64,000 nt of DNA from NCBI GenBank assembly GCA_050950145.1, contig JBMNHB010000001.1:684820-748819 (forward strand). The letters run 5' to 3'. A program made the translations under genes and the position numbers. This DNA is from Candidatus Dojkabacteria bacterium. Its GTDB lineage: Bacteria > Patescibacteriota > Dojkabacteria > SC72. Shown here piece after piece: positions 30,547 through 39,262 of the stretch. The number at the start of each line of letters is the position of its first letter. Within the stretch, counting starts at the first letter, position 1. The notes below the pieces were generated by a model. That model worked only from the letters and a program-made list of their open reading frames with translations. It did no database searches and had not been told where the DNA came from.

Positions 30547-31200
30547 ATGGACGAACAAAACAACACTGGAAAATCTTCAGTGGTTCTAAAAGCCGTAATT
30601 GCCGTTTTGGTAATAGGTGTTTGTGTTCTCGGATATTTTGTATATCGGGAATTAAAGACTGAAGACAAATCTTTGAAAGATATGATTCTTGATATAACAA
30701 AAGGTGAGAAGGAAGAGAAGATTGTAGAAGAAGACGAAGATGTTGAGGTTGTAACTGATGATACAGAGGAGGAAGAAACTAAAGTACCAGAAGTTAAAGC
30801 ACCTAGTATTTCATTTACAGAAGGTGAGATTGAGAACATTAAAGCAATATTAGATACGTTAAATACACAACCACTTCTTGGATATATGGATGGTGATGTT
30901 ATGATGTATTATAACTCTTCAAAATTGAGTGAAACACTTGATAGTGTAAAAGCAACTCTGAAGTTAGCTGATTACTTTGCTAAAGCAAAGACACCATGGA
31001 CATTCCCTTTAACAGAGAAACAGAAAGCTGAATTAATAGAAAAACAGAAAGCCGAAGAGACTTCAAAGGCTGAGTTTAAGAAATTCTTTGGTGGAGATTG
31101 TTTAACAGGTACAACTTCAAACTATTTAGTATCTCTTTGCTTTAATCAAGAGAAGAAGATAACAAAGATGCTATTCTCTAATGATATGAGTATATTTTAG
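30547..31200 (+). CDS. Hypothetical single-pass membrane protein (217 aa)
   Basis: N-terminal transmembrane segment (VVLKAVIAVLVIGVCVLGYFVY), then an acidic linker and a globular C-terminal region. No motif recognised. Confidence 0.5.
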   Translation: MDEQNNTGKSSVVLKAVIAVLVIGVCVLGYFVYRELKTEDKSLKDMILDITKGEKEEKIVEEDEDVEVVTDDTEEEETKVPEVKAPSISFTEGEIENIKAILDTLNTQPLLGYMDGDVMMYYNSSKLSETLDSVKATLKLADYFAKAKTPWTFPLTEKQKAELIEKQKAEETSKAEFKKFFGGDCLTGTTSNYLVSLCFNQEKKITKMLFSNDMSIF

Positions 31201-31226
31201 GTTAGCTAGAATAATTTTTTAACAAA

Positions 31227-31248
31227 GACCAGACCTAGGCCTGACCTG
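31227..31248. repeat. GC-rich CCTAGG-core palindromic repeat (GACCAGACCTAGGCCTGACCTG) between the convergent genes 30547..31200 and ftsH
   Basis: Seen directly. The reverse complement matches the AGGTCWGSCC-TAGGTCWG pattern of the copies at 29497 and 29684. Confidence 0.5.
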
Positions 31249-33130
31249 TAAATAGTTCTTCAAATTCCTCTCTTGTAACAACCTCTCTTTCTAAAAGAAG
31301 ATCTACCAATTTTTCAACATATTTTCTCTGCTCTGTAAGAACTTTCTTAGCGTCCACATATGCCTCATCAATCAACCTTTTTACTTCTTCATCTATCGTC
31401 TTTGCTGTCTCCTCACTAAAGTCCCTACCACCACCATATTTGTATCCCAAATGAGAAGTCTCATCCATATCACCATACTTAACCATGCCTAATTTCTCAC
31501 TCATACCGTATTTCATAACCATCTCCTTTGCTACCTCTGTAGCCTGTTCAATATCTGCAGATGCACCTGAAGAAATATCATCCAAAAACAACTCCTCAGC
31601 TGCCCTACCACCAACTCCACTTCTTAGCCAAGCTAACATCTGATTCCTGTAAAGAGTCTTCCTCTCTTTTTCTGGAAGATACACAGTAACACCACCTGTC
31701 ATACCTCTTGGGATAATGGAAACCTGCTCTACTGGATCAGAATCTGGTGTAAATTTTGCAACAATCGCATGACCAGCCTCATGGTATGCTGTCTTCTTCA
31801 AATCCTCCTCTTCTGTTTCCAGACTCTTCTTCCTACCAAGTTTAACCTTCAAATATGCTTCAGCTAAATCATCCTGCCCTATCTCCTTATCCCCATCCTG
31901 TGCTGCCATAATGGCAGCTTCATTAAGAATATTCTCCAAATCTGCACCGGAATATCCGATTGTCTTCTTAGCTAAAGTATCTAAATCAACATCCTTTGCA
32001 AATTTTTTGTTCTTAGCATGAACCTCAAGTATTTCTCTTCTACCTTTTGCATCAGGCATATGAACTACAACAGTCCTATCAAACCTACCAGGTCTTAAGA
32101 TTGCTGGATCAAGGACATCCGGTCTATTTGTAGCTGCAAGAACAATCACATTCTCCCTATCCTCCAAACCATCCATCTCAACAAGAATTTGGTTTAAAGT
32201 CTGCTCTCCAGCACCAGAGTGAAGCACAGTACCTCTTTTCTTAGCAACTGCATCAATCTCATCAATAAAAACAATACATGGAGCTGCCTTTCTTGCCTTC
32301 TTAAACAAATCTCTAACCCTTGATGCACCAGCACCTACCAACATCTCTTCAAACTCAGAACCCGAAGTATGGAAGAATGGTACACCTGCCTCTCCTGCAA
32401 TAGCTTTGGCCAAAAGAGTTTTACCCGTACCTGGCGCTCCTGCCAAAAGTACACCTTTAGGAATTCTTGCACCTAAATCTCTATACTTCTTAGGATTTTT
32501 AAGAAAATCTACTATCTCTGTTAATTCCTCTTTTGAATCATCAACTCCTGCAACATCATCAAAAGAAGTTCCTGTCTTCTTACCAAACAACATCCTAGCT
32601 TTACTTTCTCCAAAATCCATAATCTTACCACCAGATGCTTGCATATTCTTAATCATCACATATGCAAATACTACAGCAGCACCTAAAAAAAGAAGTGTAA
32701 TTATATCCCCAAAAGTAACTCCTAAAGCAGGTTCATAGAAGTCATCACCTAATTCTTTAATATCAATCTCTGCATCTGAAAGTACCTGATAAAAATCCAT
32801 TTTAGAAGGAAGCATTGCAAACTTCTTTTTTACTACTGGTTTACCTGAAACCTCACCTTTCATTTCTAAAATAACCATATCATCTTTAAGAATTATCTTG
32901 TCATACTTCTTCTCTGAAATATCCGCAACTACACTACTTACAGATACCTCTTCTCCCTTGTAAGAAAAAACCTTGTACATAAAAACAACAGTAGAAAGTA
33001 GTAAAGTAATTACAAGTATAGTCCCAATAGTAGGTACTTTCATCCTTTTACCTGTAGGCATCTTCCTAATATCCACTACATATACATTATCTTTCTTCTT
33101 ATTTGTTTCTTTTTTCCTTTTATCTTCCAT
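31235..33130 (-). CDS. ftsH: ATP-dependent zinc metalloprotease FtsH
   Basis: N-terminal transmembrane segments. AAA+ Walker A GVLLAGAPGTGKTLLAKAIAGEAGVPFF, a second region of homology and zinc-binding HEAGHAIV. Confidence 0.9.
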   Translation of the reverse strand: MEDKRKKETNKKKDNVYVVDIRKMPTGKRMKVPTIGTILVITLLLSTVVFMYKVFSYKGEEVSVSSVVADISEKKYDKIILKDDMVILEMKGEVSGKPVVKKKFAMLPSKMDFYQVLSDAEIDIKELGDDFYEPALGVTFGDIITLLFLGAAVVFAYVMIKNMQASGGKIMDFGESKARMLFGKKTGTSFDDVAGVDDSKEELTEIVDFLKNPKKYRDLGARIPKGVLLAGAPGTGKTLLAKAIAGEAGVPFFHTSGSEFEEMLVGAGASRVRDLFKKARKAAPCIVFIDEIDAVAKKRGTVLHSGAGEQTLNQILVEMDGLEDRENVIVLAATNRPDVLDPAILRPGRFDRTVVVHMPDAKGRREILEVHAKNKKFAKDVDLDTLAKKTIGYSGADLENILNEAAIMAAQDGDKEIGQDDLAEAYLKVKLGRKKSLETEEEDLKKTAYHEAGHAIVAKFTPDSDPVEQVSIIPRGMTGGVTVYLPEKERKTLYRNQMLAWLRSGVGGRAAEELFLDDISSGASADIEQATEVAKEMVMKYGMSEKLGMVKYGDMDETSHLGYKYGGGRDFSEETAKTIDEEVKRLIDEAYVDAKKVLTEQRKYVEKLVDLLLEREVVTREEFEELFTGQA

Positions 33131-33178
33131 GAAATATTTGAGTAAAATCTAAACTAAAGTCTTTTATGCAAAAACTAC

Positions 33179-33255
33179 TGGTGGTGGGAAGTGGAATCGA
33201 ACCACCGACCTTGGGTTTATGAATCCCATGCTCTAACCTACTGAGCTATCCCACC
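33179..33255 (-). tRNA. tRNA with anticodon CAT and a G1-C72 pair (elongator tRNA-Met, or tRNA-Ile2 if modified by lysidine)
   Basis: Reverse complement GGTGGGATAGCTCAGTAGGTTAGAGCATGGGATTCATAAACCCAAGGTCGGTGGTTCGATTCCACTTCCCACCACCA. Confidence 0.8.
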
Positions 33256-33292
33256 AAGCAGGAATAATTATATCAAAGACCATTTCTAAAGT

Positions 33293-34027
33293 CTAAAGGA
33301 GAGAACCAAATATGTTCTCAATATATGCCCTTCTCTCTTGAGTTGAAAGGGTTAACAATGATTCATATTGATTAAAAATCATATCTTTCACTACTTCATC
33401 AATCACAATAGCACTATCTTCTATATTCCTCACTAGCTCATCCATTTTTTCTTGCATCTTAGAAATATTCAAAGTAGATATTGGTACACAAGAGTTCATA
33501 CTCATATCTCTCTTTACTCCATTCTTTTTGAACTCCTTTGCACTATCATGAGCTTGAAAAAGAGGTGTACTTAACCAACCACACCCTTCTGAAGGGGTAA
33601 CAATACGTATGTTTTTATTTATCTTTTCTATCGAGGTAGTGCATTTAGTACAACTGAATGGCTGTTTTGGATGATGAAGGAAAAGAAGATTTGATTTAAT
33701 TAATCTACCTGCAGAATATATTTCTATTGGAATGTCTGAATTTGACACATCGTACCCTAAGACTTGTGCAAGTATCAATGATTGATATTCTGAGTGATTG
33801 CAGTAGCCTTGCCTTGGCATATTTGTTATTCCACCAAGATACATATTCCACCCCACACCAATTATTCTTTCACTATCACCTATCTTTTGAACTGCTATAG
33901 AACCAAAAGACTCATTCTTTGAAGAGCTCAAACATGAAAGATGGATACAGAGATTATATTTTAAATCATCTAAAAACCAAAGCTCGTTAATACTATCTTG
34001 TTCTAGTTTCTCAATTGTTTTCAACAT
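33293..34027 (-). CDS. Hypothetical protein. It carries a weak zinc-deaminase-like signature (HSE ... SCTKC).
   Basis: CNHSEYQSL and PFSCTKCTTSI resemble the H-x-E / P-C-x-x-C of the cytidine/dCMP deaminase fold, but the spacing is atypical. Confidence 0.4.
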   Translation of the reverse strand: MLKTIEKLEQDSINELWFLDDLKYNLCIHLSCLSSSKNESFGSIAVQKIGDSERIIGVGWNMYLGGITNMPRQGYCNHSEYQSLILAQVLGYDVSNSDIPIEIYSAGRLIKSNLLFLHHPKQPFSCTKCTTSIEKINKNIRIVTPSEGCGWLSTPLFQAHDSAKEFKKNGVKRDMSMNSCVPISTLNISKMQEKMDELVRNIEDSAIVIDEVVKDMIFNQYESLLTLSTQERRAYIENIFGSLL

Positions 34028-34075
34028 GGTGGATTATACAAACAAAAACACGAGCACACAAGCTCATAGTGTTTA

Positions 34076-34633
34076 CTATGCCTTACCTGAATATTCTCCC
34101 GTTTCTGTATTAATTCTTACAATATCCCCTACTTTAATGAAAAGAGGTACACGAACCTTGTATCCTGTTTCTAATGTTACTTCCTTTGTTGCAGAGCTAG
34201 ATGTATTTCCTCTTACAGCATCACTTGCTTCTGTCACTGTTAGGTTTACAGATGGATGTTCTTTTACTGTAAGGATCTTTCCTTCATGAACCATAACTAA
34301 TACCGATTCTCCCTCTTTAAGAAATTTAACATACTCGCCAATTACCCCAGAGGGTATCATAACTGTCTCATATGTTTCAGATTCCATAAAGTAAGAACCT
34401 TCATCATCAGAGTACAAGAACTGTACTTCTTTTGTTTCTGGTTCAACATATTCAACCTTAGCTCCAGCTTTGATTGTTTTGTTTACAATCTGTCCATTAT
34501 CTAAAGCTTTCATCTTAAGAATGATTAGACCACCTTGTCTACCTTGAGTCTTTAGTTGTCTATCTTGAACTATGAAAACTCTACCTTCTTCAAGTAAGTA
34601 CATACCTTTTACAGGTTGTGTTGTTATTGGCAT
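34076..34633 (-). CDS. efp: Elongation factor P
   Basis: 185 aa. KAGAKVEYVEPETKEVQFLYSDDEG...VPLFIKVGDIVRINTETGEYSGKA are conserved EF-P blocks. Confidence 0.9.
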   Translation of the reverse strand: MPITTQPVKGMYLLEEGRVFIVQDRQLKTQGRQGGLIILKMKALDNGQIVNKTIKAGAKVEYVEPETKEVQFLYSDDEGSYFMESETYETVMIPSGVIGEYVKFLKEGESVLVMVHEGKILTVKEHPSVNLTVTEASDAVRGNTSSSATKEVTLETGYKVRVPLFIKVGDIVRINTETGEYSGKA

Positions 34634-34667
34634 ATGAATATTTACTTAACTAAACAGTGAAATTCTA

Positions 34668-35588
34668 TCACCTCTCTAAAAACTCTACAACCTTAGGAAA
34701 TATCTCCTTCCTCATTAAAATACCATTATACCTAACCCCTTTATCCATATCAGAAAGATTAAAAATATTAGAAAATAATTCTGTAGAATCAGAATCTATT
34801 GTTAAAAAGTAATTAAAACTATCAATTACATCTACTACAGAGAGAAGAAGATAGTCCAAACTATTCTCATCCTTTATCTCACCCAAAATCCTTCTAATTT
34901 CATTATCCAACTCTTTTACTCTTCTAATAGCATCTGATAACTCAAGCTGAACAACACCTACTCTATCCCCCTTAACCTCATAAAACTTAAACTCCTCTCT
35001 CATTATCTCTTCTAGATTATCCTTACTAATATTTGATTTGTACTCAAACATTCTATCCACATATCCACTCTCAATGCTCCCTATTTCCTTTAACCAATCA
35101 CCCATATCTCTATCCCTCTGAGTAGTCACATTGTTTGTGAAATTAACAGTATTAGAAACAATTGCTGAGTAAAGAAGAACAGCAGTATTTCTAGATGGAA
35201 GAACACCTGCTTCTTGAAACTTCTCAGCTATTAGCGTAGCACAAGACCCTACTAGATCAATATGAAGTTCAGCATTAGGAAAACTTTGGATATATGATAA
35301 CTTTCTATGATCAATCACCTCAATCACTTTATCAATATCTATTAACTCATCTATCCCTTTAGGATCAGAAACATCTACTAAAACAATATCTCCATCACCA
35401 TATCCATCTTGTACTAAATCAATATTCAAACCTCCTAAATATCTCTTAACAAACTCCGTTTCCTCACCGATATCTCCAGCATAAACAGCTCTCGCTTCTT
35501 TACCTTGCATATTAAGTAACTCTGCATATCCAATAGCACATGCTACACAATCAATATCCGGATTTACATACCCTGTTACAGTTATCAT
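34668..35588 (-). CDS. DHH-family phosphoesterase (NrnA-like oligoribonuclease / pAp phosphatase)
   Basis: N-terminal DHH motifs (YVNPDIDCVACAIG and IDHRKL) and a DHHA1-like C-terminal region. The length is about 306 aa. Confidence 0.7.
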   Translation of the reverse strand: MITVTGYVNPDIDCVACAIGYAELLNMQGKEARAVYAGDIGEETEFVKRYLGGLNIDLVQDGYGDGDIVLVDVSDPKGIDELIDIDKVIEVIDHRKLSYIQSFPNAELHIDLVGSCATLIAEKFQEAGVLPSRNTAVLLYSAIVSNTVNFTNNVTTQRDRDMGDWLKEIGSIESGYVDRMFEYKSNISKDNLEEIMREEFKFYEVKGDRVGVVQLELSDAIRRVKELDNEIRRILGEIKDENSLDYLLLSVVDVIDSFNYFLTIDSDSTELFSNIFNLSDMDKGVRYNGILMRKEIFPKVVEFLER

Positions 35589-35595
35589 AAAAACA

Positions 35596-36063
35596 TTACT
35601 TAATTAAACTCTTACTCCAATTCTTAACTCTTTCCAACTCATCATCCTTTATAGGACCTTTCACCCCCATTACAAAGAATGTCTGTACAGAAACAATCTC
35701 CGCTCCTTTTTTCTTCAAAATATCGGCTGTTCTAGGTGCAGAATATCCAAAAAACTTAATAATTCCTTTCATAAAGATATTCTGTTTGTATGTAGTCACA
35801 CTAGTGTCAAAAACTGCAACCTTTGTATTCTTCAATGATTCTTTAGGTAACATATTTAACAATACTTGCACTGCTTTTGATGATCTTCCTCCATGTGTAG
35901 GACAACCAATAATTACAAGATTACTTTTTTGGAAATCTTTCAATTTTGCATCTGTAACTCTCTTCATCACTACCTCATTCTTTTTTCCCAACACCTCCTC
36001 AATCATCTGAGCTATTTTCTCTGTATTACCATAAACCGAATCATAAATTATCAATATTTTCAT
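35596..36063 (-). CDS. Flavodoxin
   Basis: MKILIIYDSVYGNTEKIA matches the FMN-binding loop T/S-x-T-G-x-T. Confidence 0.75.
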   Translation of the reverse strand: MKILIIYDSVYGNTEKIAQMIEEVLGKKNEVVMKRVTDAKLKDFQKSNLVIIGCPTHGGRSSKAVQVLLNMLPKESLKNTKVAVFDTSVTTYKQNIFMKGIIKFFGYSAPRTADILKKKGAEIVSVQTFFVMGVKGPIKDDELERVKNWSKSLIK

Positions 36064-36247
36064 TAAAAATTATGAAAATTAAGTTAACTATGAACCATAT
36101 ATATATGCTAACAGGATGAAAAATTTTTACAACCATTCTAGTAACTAAAGCAAAAACAAGAGTCTAATATTTTTCGACAAAAGATATACAATCCTTTTCC
36201 TTGACATATCTATGTATTTGAGTGATAAATAGGAAGAGATAATTTAA

Positions 36248-37483
36248 TTGAATAGATATATGGAAAACAAACCAATTAAATATTTTTTCCTAGTTCTAGG
36301 TTCATTAGTTCTTCTAGCTATTGGAATATTCTTTGGATCTAGATATATGTGTGAAAATAAAGGTTCTGAAAAAGTCAAACCAAAAGGAATGATGTTGTTA
36401 ATTGAATTTAACAACACAGATGGATTAGCAAATATGGTAAATGATATGAGGGAGAGGGATATTAAAGGATTGTTAATGGTAAATGCTGATTTCATAAAGA
36501 AAAATGCAGAAGAATTGAAAGAAATTCTTAAAACAGGAGTAGTAGAACTCTGTCCTTCATACGACCCAGAACCATTCTGGGGTATGCCTTACGAAAAACA
36601 ATACACTATTATTAAAGAAATGTTAGAGAATTCTAAAGAATACTTAGGTGTTACTCCAAGAGCTATTAGTTCAAGATATATGGCATCTGATGAAACAACA
36701 CTCAAGGTGGCTGATGAGTTAGGCATTGAATATATTACAGCAAGAGGTACTACAGAGTTGGCAACCACTATCTACAAACCAGAAGAGTACAATGTAAAGA
36801 TTATCTCTGTTTCAAATATTGATGTTCCAGAATTTAAATATGGTAGTTTCTGTGATTACAGTTTCTATGAAAGAGCTGGAGAACCAGAGGATATGGAAGA
36901 ACAATTTAAGAGAGCAATTCAGAATGAGAAGATTATGGCAACATCACATACATATATTGGTGGATTTAAGGAGAGATGGAACGATATGTGGCATAGATTG
37001 TGGGATAACTACGGTGTTGAATGGGTAGATTTAGATACTTTAGGAACCGTAGACAAAACAATGCCTACATGGCAGATTCCAGTAAACAAGAATGCTCCAT
37101 ACACTCCAGAGAAAATTAGACCTAAACTTGAATTTCAAGATGAAGCGAATGTAATGAATCCATGCAAGGTAGAAGATTTAAATGAAGATAGTACATATGT
37201 GCCCAAGGAGAAAAGTAACAGAGTTGTAGTATTTCACAACGGAAGTGGAAATATGTGCTTAGACTTACTAGCATTTTTCAAAGAATATGATATTGAATAC
37301 GAAGAGCATAAAACAACAGATACTGATTTCATCTCACAACTCAATTCCTACAAAAAAGGAAAGAGTGAAGGTCTTTCCGACTCATACGGATACTATCCTA
37401 TTATCTTCATTGGAGACAGAGCATTCTCTGGGTTTAACAAAGAGATAGAGGGAGAAATAAAAGAAATACTGGAGATTAAGTAG
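36248..37483 (+). CDS. Hypothetical membrane-anchored protein with a C-terminal glutaredoxin-like (monothiol) domain
   Basis: N-terminal transmembrane segment. The C-terminus VVVFHNGSGNMCLDLLAFFKEYDIEYEEH...YYPIIFIGDRAFSGF resembles a Grx/NrdH fold with a single cysteine. Confidence 0.45.
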   Translation: MNRYMENKPIKYFFLVLGSLVLLAIGIFFGSRYMCENKGSEKVKPKGMMLLIEFNNTDGLANMVNDMRERDIKGLLMVNADFIKKNAEELKEILKTGVVELCPSYDPEPFWGMPYEKQYTIIKEMLENSKEYLGVTPRAISSRYMASDETTLKVADELGIEYITARGTTELATTIYKPEEYNVKIISVSNIDVPEFKYGSFCDYSFYERAGEPEDMEEQFKRAIQNEKIMATSHTYIGGFKERWNDMWHRLWDNYGVEWVDLDTLGTVDKTMPTWQIPVNKNAPYTPEKIRPKLEFQDEANVMNPCKVEDLNEDSTYVPKEKSNRVVVFHNGSGNMCLDLLAFFKEYDIEYEEHKTTDTDFISQLNSYKKGKSEGLSDSYGYYPIIFIGDRAFSGFNKEIEGEIKEILEIK

Positions 37484-37488
37484 AAATA

Positions 37489-37563
37489 TGGTTGCGGGGG
37501 CTGGATTCGAACCAGCGACCTTTAGGTTATGAGCCTAACGAGCTTCCACTGCTCTACCCCGCG
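37489..37563 (-). tRNA. Initiator tRNA-fMet (anticodon CAT) with a C1xA72 mismatch and A73
   Basis: Reverse complement CGCGGGGTAGAGCAGTGGAAGCTCGTTAGGCTCATAACCTAAAGGTCGCTGGTTCGAATCCAGCCCCCGCAACCA. The unpaired 1:72 position is the bacterial initiator hallmark. Confidence 0.8.
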
Positions 37564-37601
37564 TTAGCTATGAAGCATTATATCCCTATTTATCAATATT
37601 T

Positions 37602-38057
37602 TCAAATACCACTCTTTACAAACTCAAACCACTGTATATATGTAGGAGCAGATTCCACCTCTTCTGAACCATAAAGATATGTATCTACCCTTTCTTTTGC
37701 TGATTCTAAGACAGGTTCTGGTATAACAAAAAGAAACTCACTACTACCCGTAAAATTCAACCTATCTCTAGCCTGTATCTCTAAATATTCATCTGTCTGC
37801 ATAGACTCCAATGCCAAAGCAAGTTTAAGATTTTCTAATCTAAGATTATCAACCTCCTCTCTTGCCCTTTTAGATATTTCAATTTTCTGTCCTGTAATTA
37901 CAATAGAATTATACACACTGTAAAGAAGAAAAATTGATATTCCTATCAACCCTACTTTAACAAAAGTATTTCCTAAAAAGGTATTAAGAGTTCCTTGCTT
38001 TGGTTTCTCTCTATCTGAGATAAATTCTTTTTTACTGTTGTATATAACTCTGTCCAT
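37602..38057 (-). CDS. FtsB/DivIC-like septum-formation protein (bitopic, coiled coil)
   Basis: Single transmembrane segment (VKVGLIGISIFLLYSVYNSIVI) followed by a coiled-coil segment (EVDNLRLENLKLALALESMQ). Confidence 0.4.
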   Translation of the reverse strand: MDRVIYNSKKEFISDREKPKQGTLNTFLGNTFVKVGLIGISIFLLYSVYNSIVITGQKIEISKRAREEVDNLRLENLKLALALESMQTDEYLEIQARDRLNFTGSSEFLFVIPEPVLESAKERVDTYLYGSEEVESAPTYIQWFEFVKSGI

Positions 38058-38204
38058 TGTAATAGAATATACAACAAAGAGGAGTAAGAGACCAGTTTCC
38101 TACAAAACACAACCTATATACAATTACTATTGCCCTCTCTTAGTAAGGATGATATAATTACCCTATATCAAACAAATGCCTCTTAAATTGAGTAAATTGT
38201 AGTA

Positions 38205-39092
38205 GTGAGTGGAATAAACAATGTTAATTTTAAAGAAAAAGCAGAGCTATTCACACAAGACCTCACAGCGAAAAACCGTTCTGAGTCTACAGTTATAGCA
38301 TATGCCAAAGATATTGAGCAACTTCTAAATTACTTTTCTAAGATGGGTATCAACTCTTTAGACAAAGTTACAATTGAAGATTTAGAAGGATATAGGCAAA
38401 ACCTACAGGACAACAACTACACTCCAAAAAGTGTCTCTAGAAAAATTAACAGTACAAGAACATTCTTTAGATATCTTTTAGATAATAACTACATTTCAGA
38501 TAATGTTTCTGAGAAATTAGCACATCCTAGATTTGAATTAAAACCTCCTAGAGTACTCTCAGAGATGGAATACAGAGCATTAAGAGATGTTAGTAGAGTT
38601 GATATTCGTCTCTACTCTATCGTTGAACTCCTACTCCAAACAGGTATTAGAATTGGTGAATTAGCAGGACTTTCACTTGAGGATATCAGAAAATCCAAGG
38701 ACGGAAAGATTGATTTTCTTTACATTAAAGCAGCTGGTAGTCATCCATCAAGAAAAGTTCCTTTAAATAAATCAGCGAAGAAGGCTCTTGATGATTATTT
38801 AGCAGTTAGACCAGAAACAGAGGATGATACAGTATTTGTAACAAAGAATGGGAGACCATTACTTGTTAGAAATATTAGAACAGCAATAGATAAATCATTT
38901 GAAAAAGCTGGTATTAAGAATGCAAAAGTAAATGATCTTAGAAATACATTCATTGCACACCACTTAGCAAATGGTGTTGGATTACCTACTGTCTCTAAAC
39001 TTGTTGGACACAAGAGACTATCTACTACAGAGAAGTATTTAAATATACTTAAACCAGTAGGTAAAGAAGAGAGAACCCTAAAAGAGCTTTAA
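38205..39092 (+). CDS. Tyrosine site-specific recombinase (XerC/XerD-like integrase)
   Basis: 295 aa. N-terminal SAM-like core-binding domain. The catalytic region has LLLQTGIRIGELAGLSLEDI, H-x-x-R (HHLANG) and the C-terminus LVGHKRLSTTEKYLN with the nucleophilic Tyr. Confidence 0.8.
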   Translation: MSGINNVNFKEKAELFTQDLTAKNRSESTVIAYAKDIEQLLNYFSKMGINSLDKVTIEDLEGYRQNLQDNNYTPKSVSRKINSTRTFFRYLLDNNYISDNVSEKLAHPRFELKPPRVLSEMEYRALRDVSRVDIRLYSIVELLLQTGIRIGELAGLSLEDIRKSKDGKIDFLYIKAAGSHPSRKVPLNKSAKKALDDYLAVRPETEDDTVFVTKNGRPLLVRNIRTAIDKSFEKAGIKNAKVNDLRNTFIAHHLANGVGLPTVSKLVGHKRLSTTEKYLNILKPVGKEERTLKEL

Positions 39093-39141
39093 TTACTCAC
39101 AAACATTATAGAATTAGTAATATATCAATAATATTTGAGAA

Positions 39142-39218
39142 TGGTGGGAATAGGTGGACTCGAACCACCGACTTCGGCTTTATAAGAACCGTGCTCTGAC
39201 CTCCTGAGCTATATTCCC
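39142..39218 (-). tRNA. tRNA-Ile with anticodon TAT (UAU)
   Basis: Reverse complement GGGAATATAGCTCAGGAGGTCAGAGCACGGTTCTTATAAAGCCGAAGTCGGTGGTTCGAGTCCACCTATTCCCACCA. All four stems are perfect (one G-U pair) and the anticodon loop is CTTATAA. Confidence 0.75.
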
Positions 39219-39262
39219 ATTAATGAAGACATTCTACCAAAACTTAAAGAATTTTAGAAGAC

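Noticed and set aside
37492-37674. 60-aa plus-strand ORF
   Set aside because: It overlaps the initiator tRNA gene on the opposite strand.
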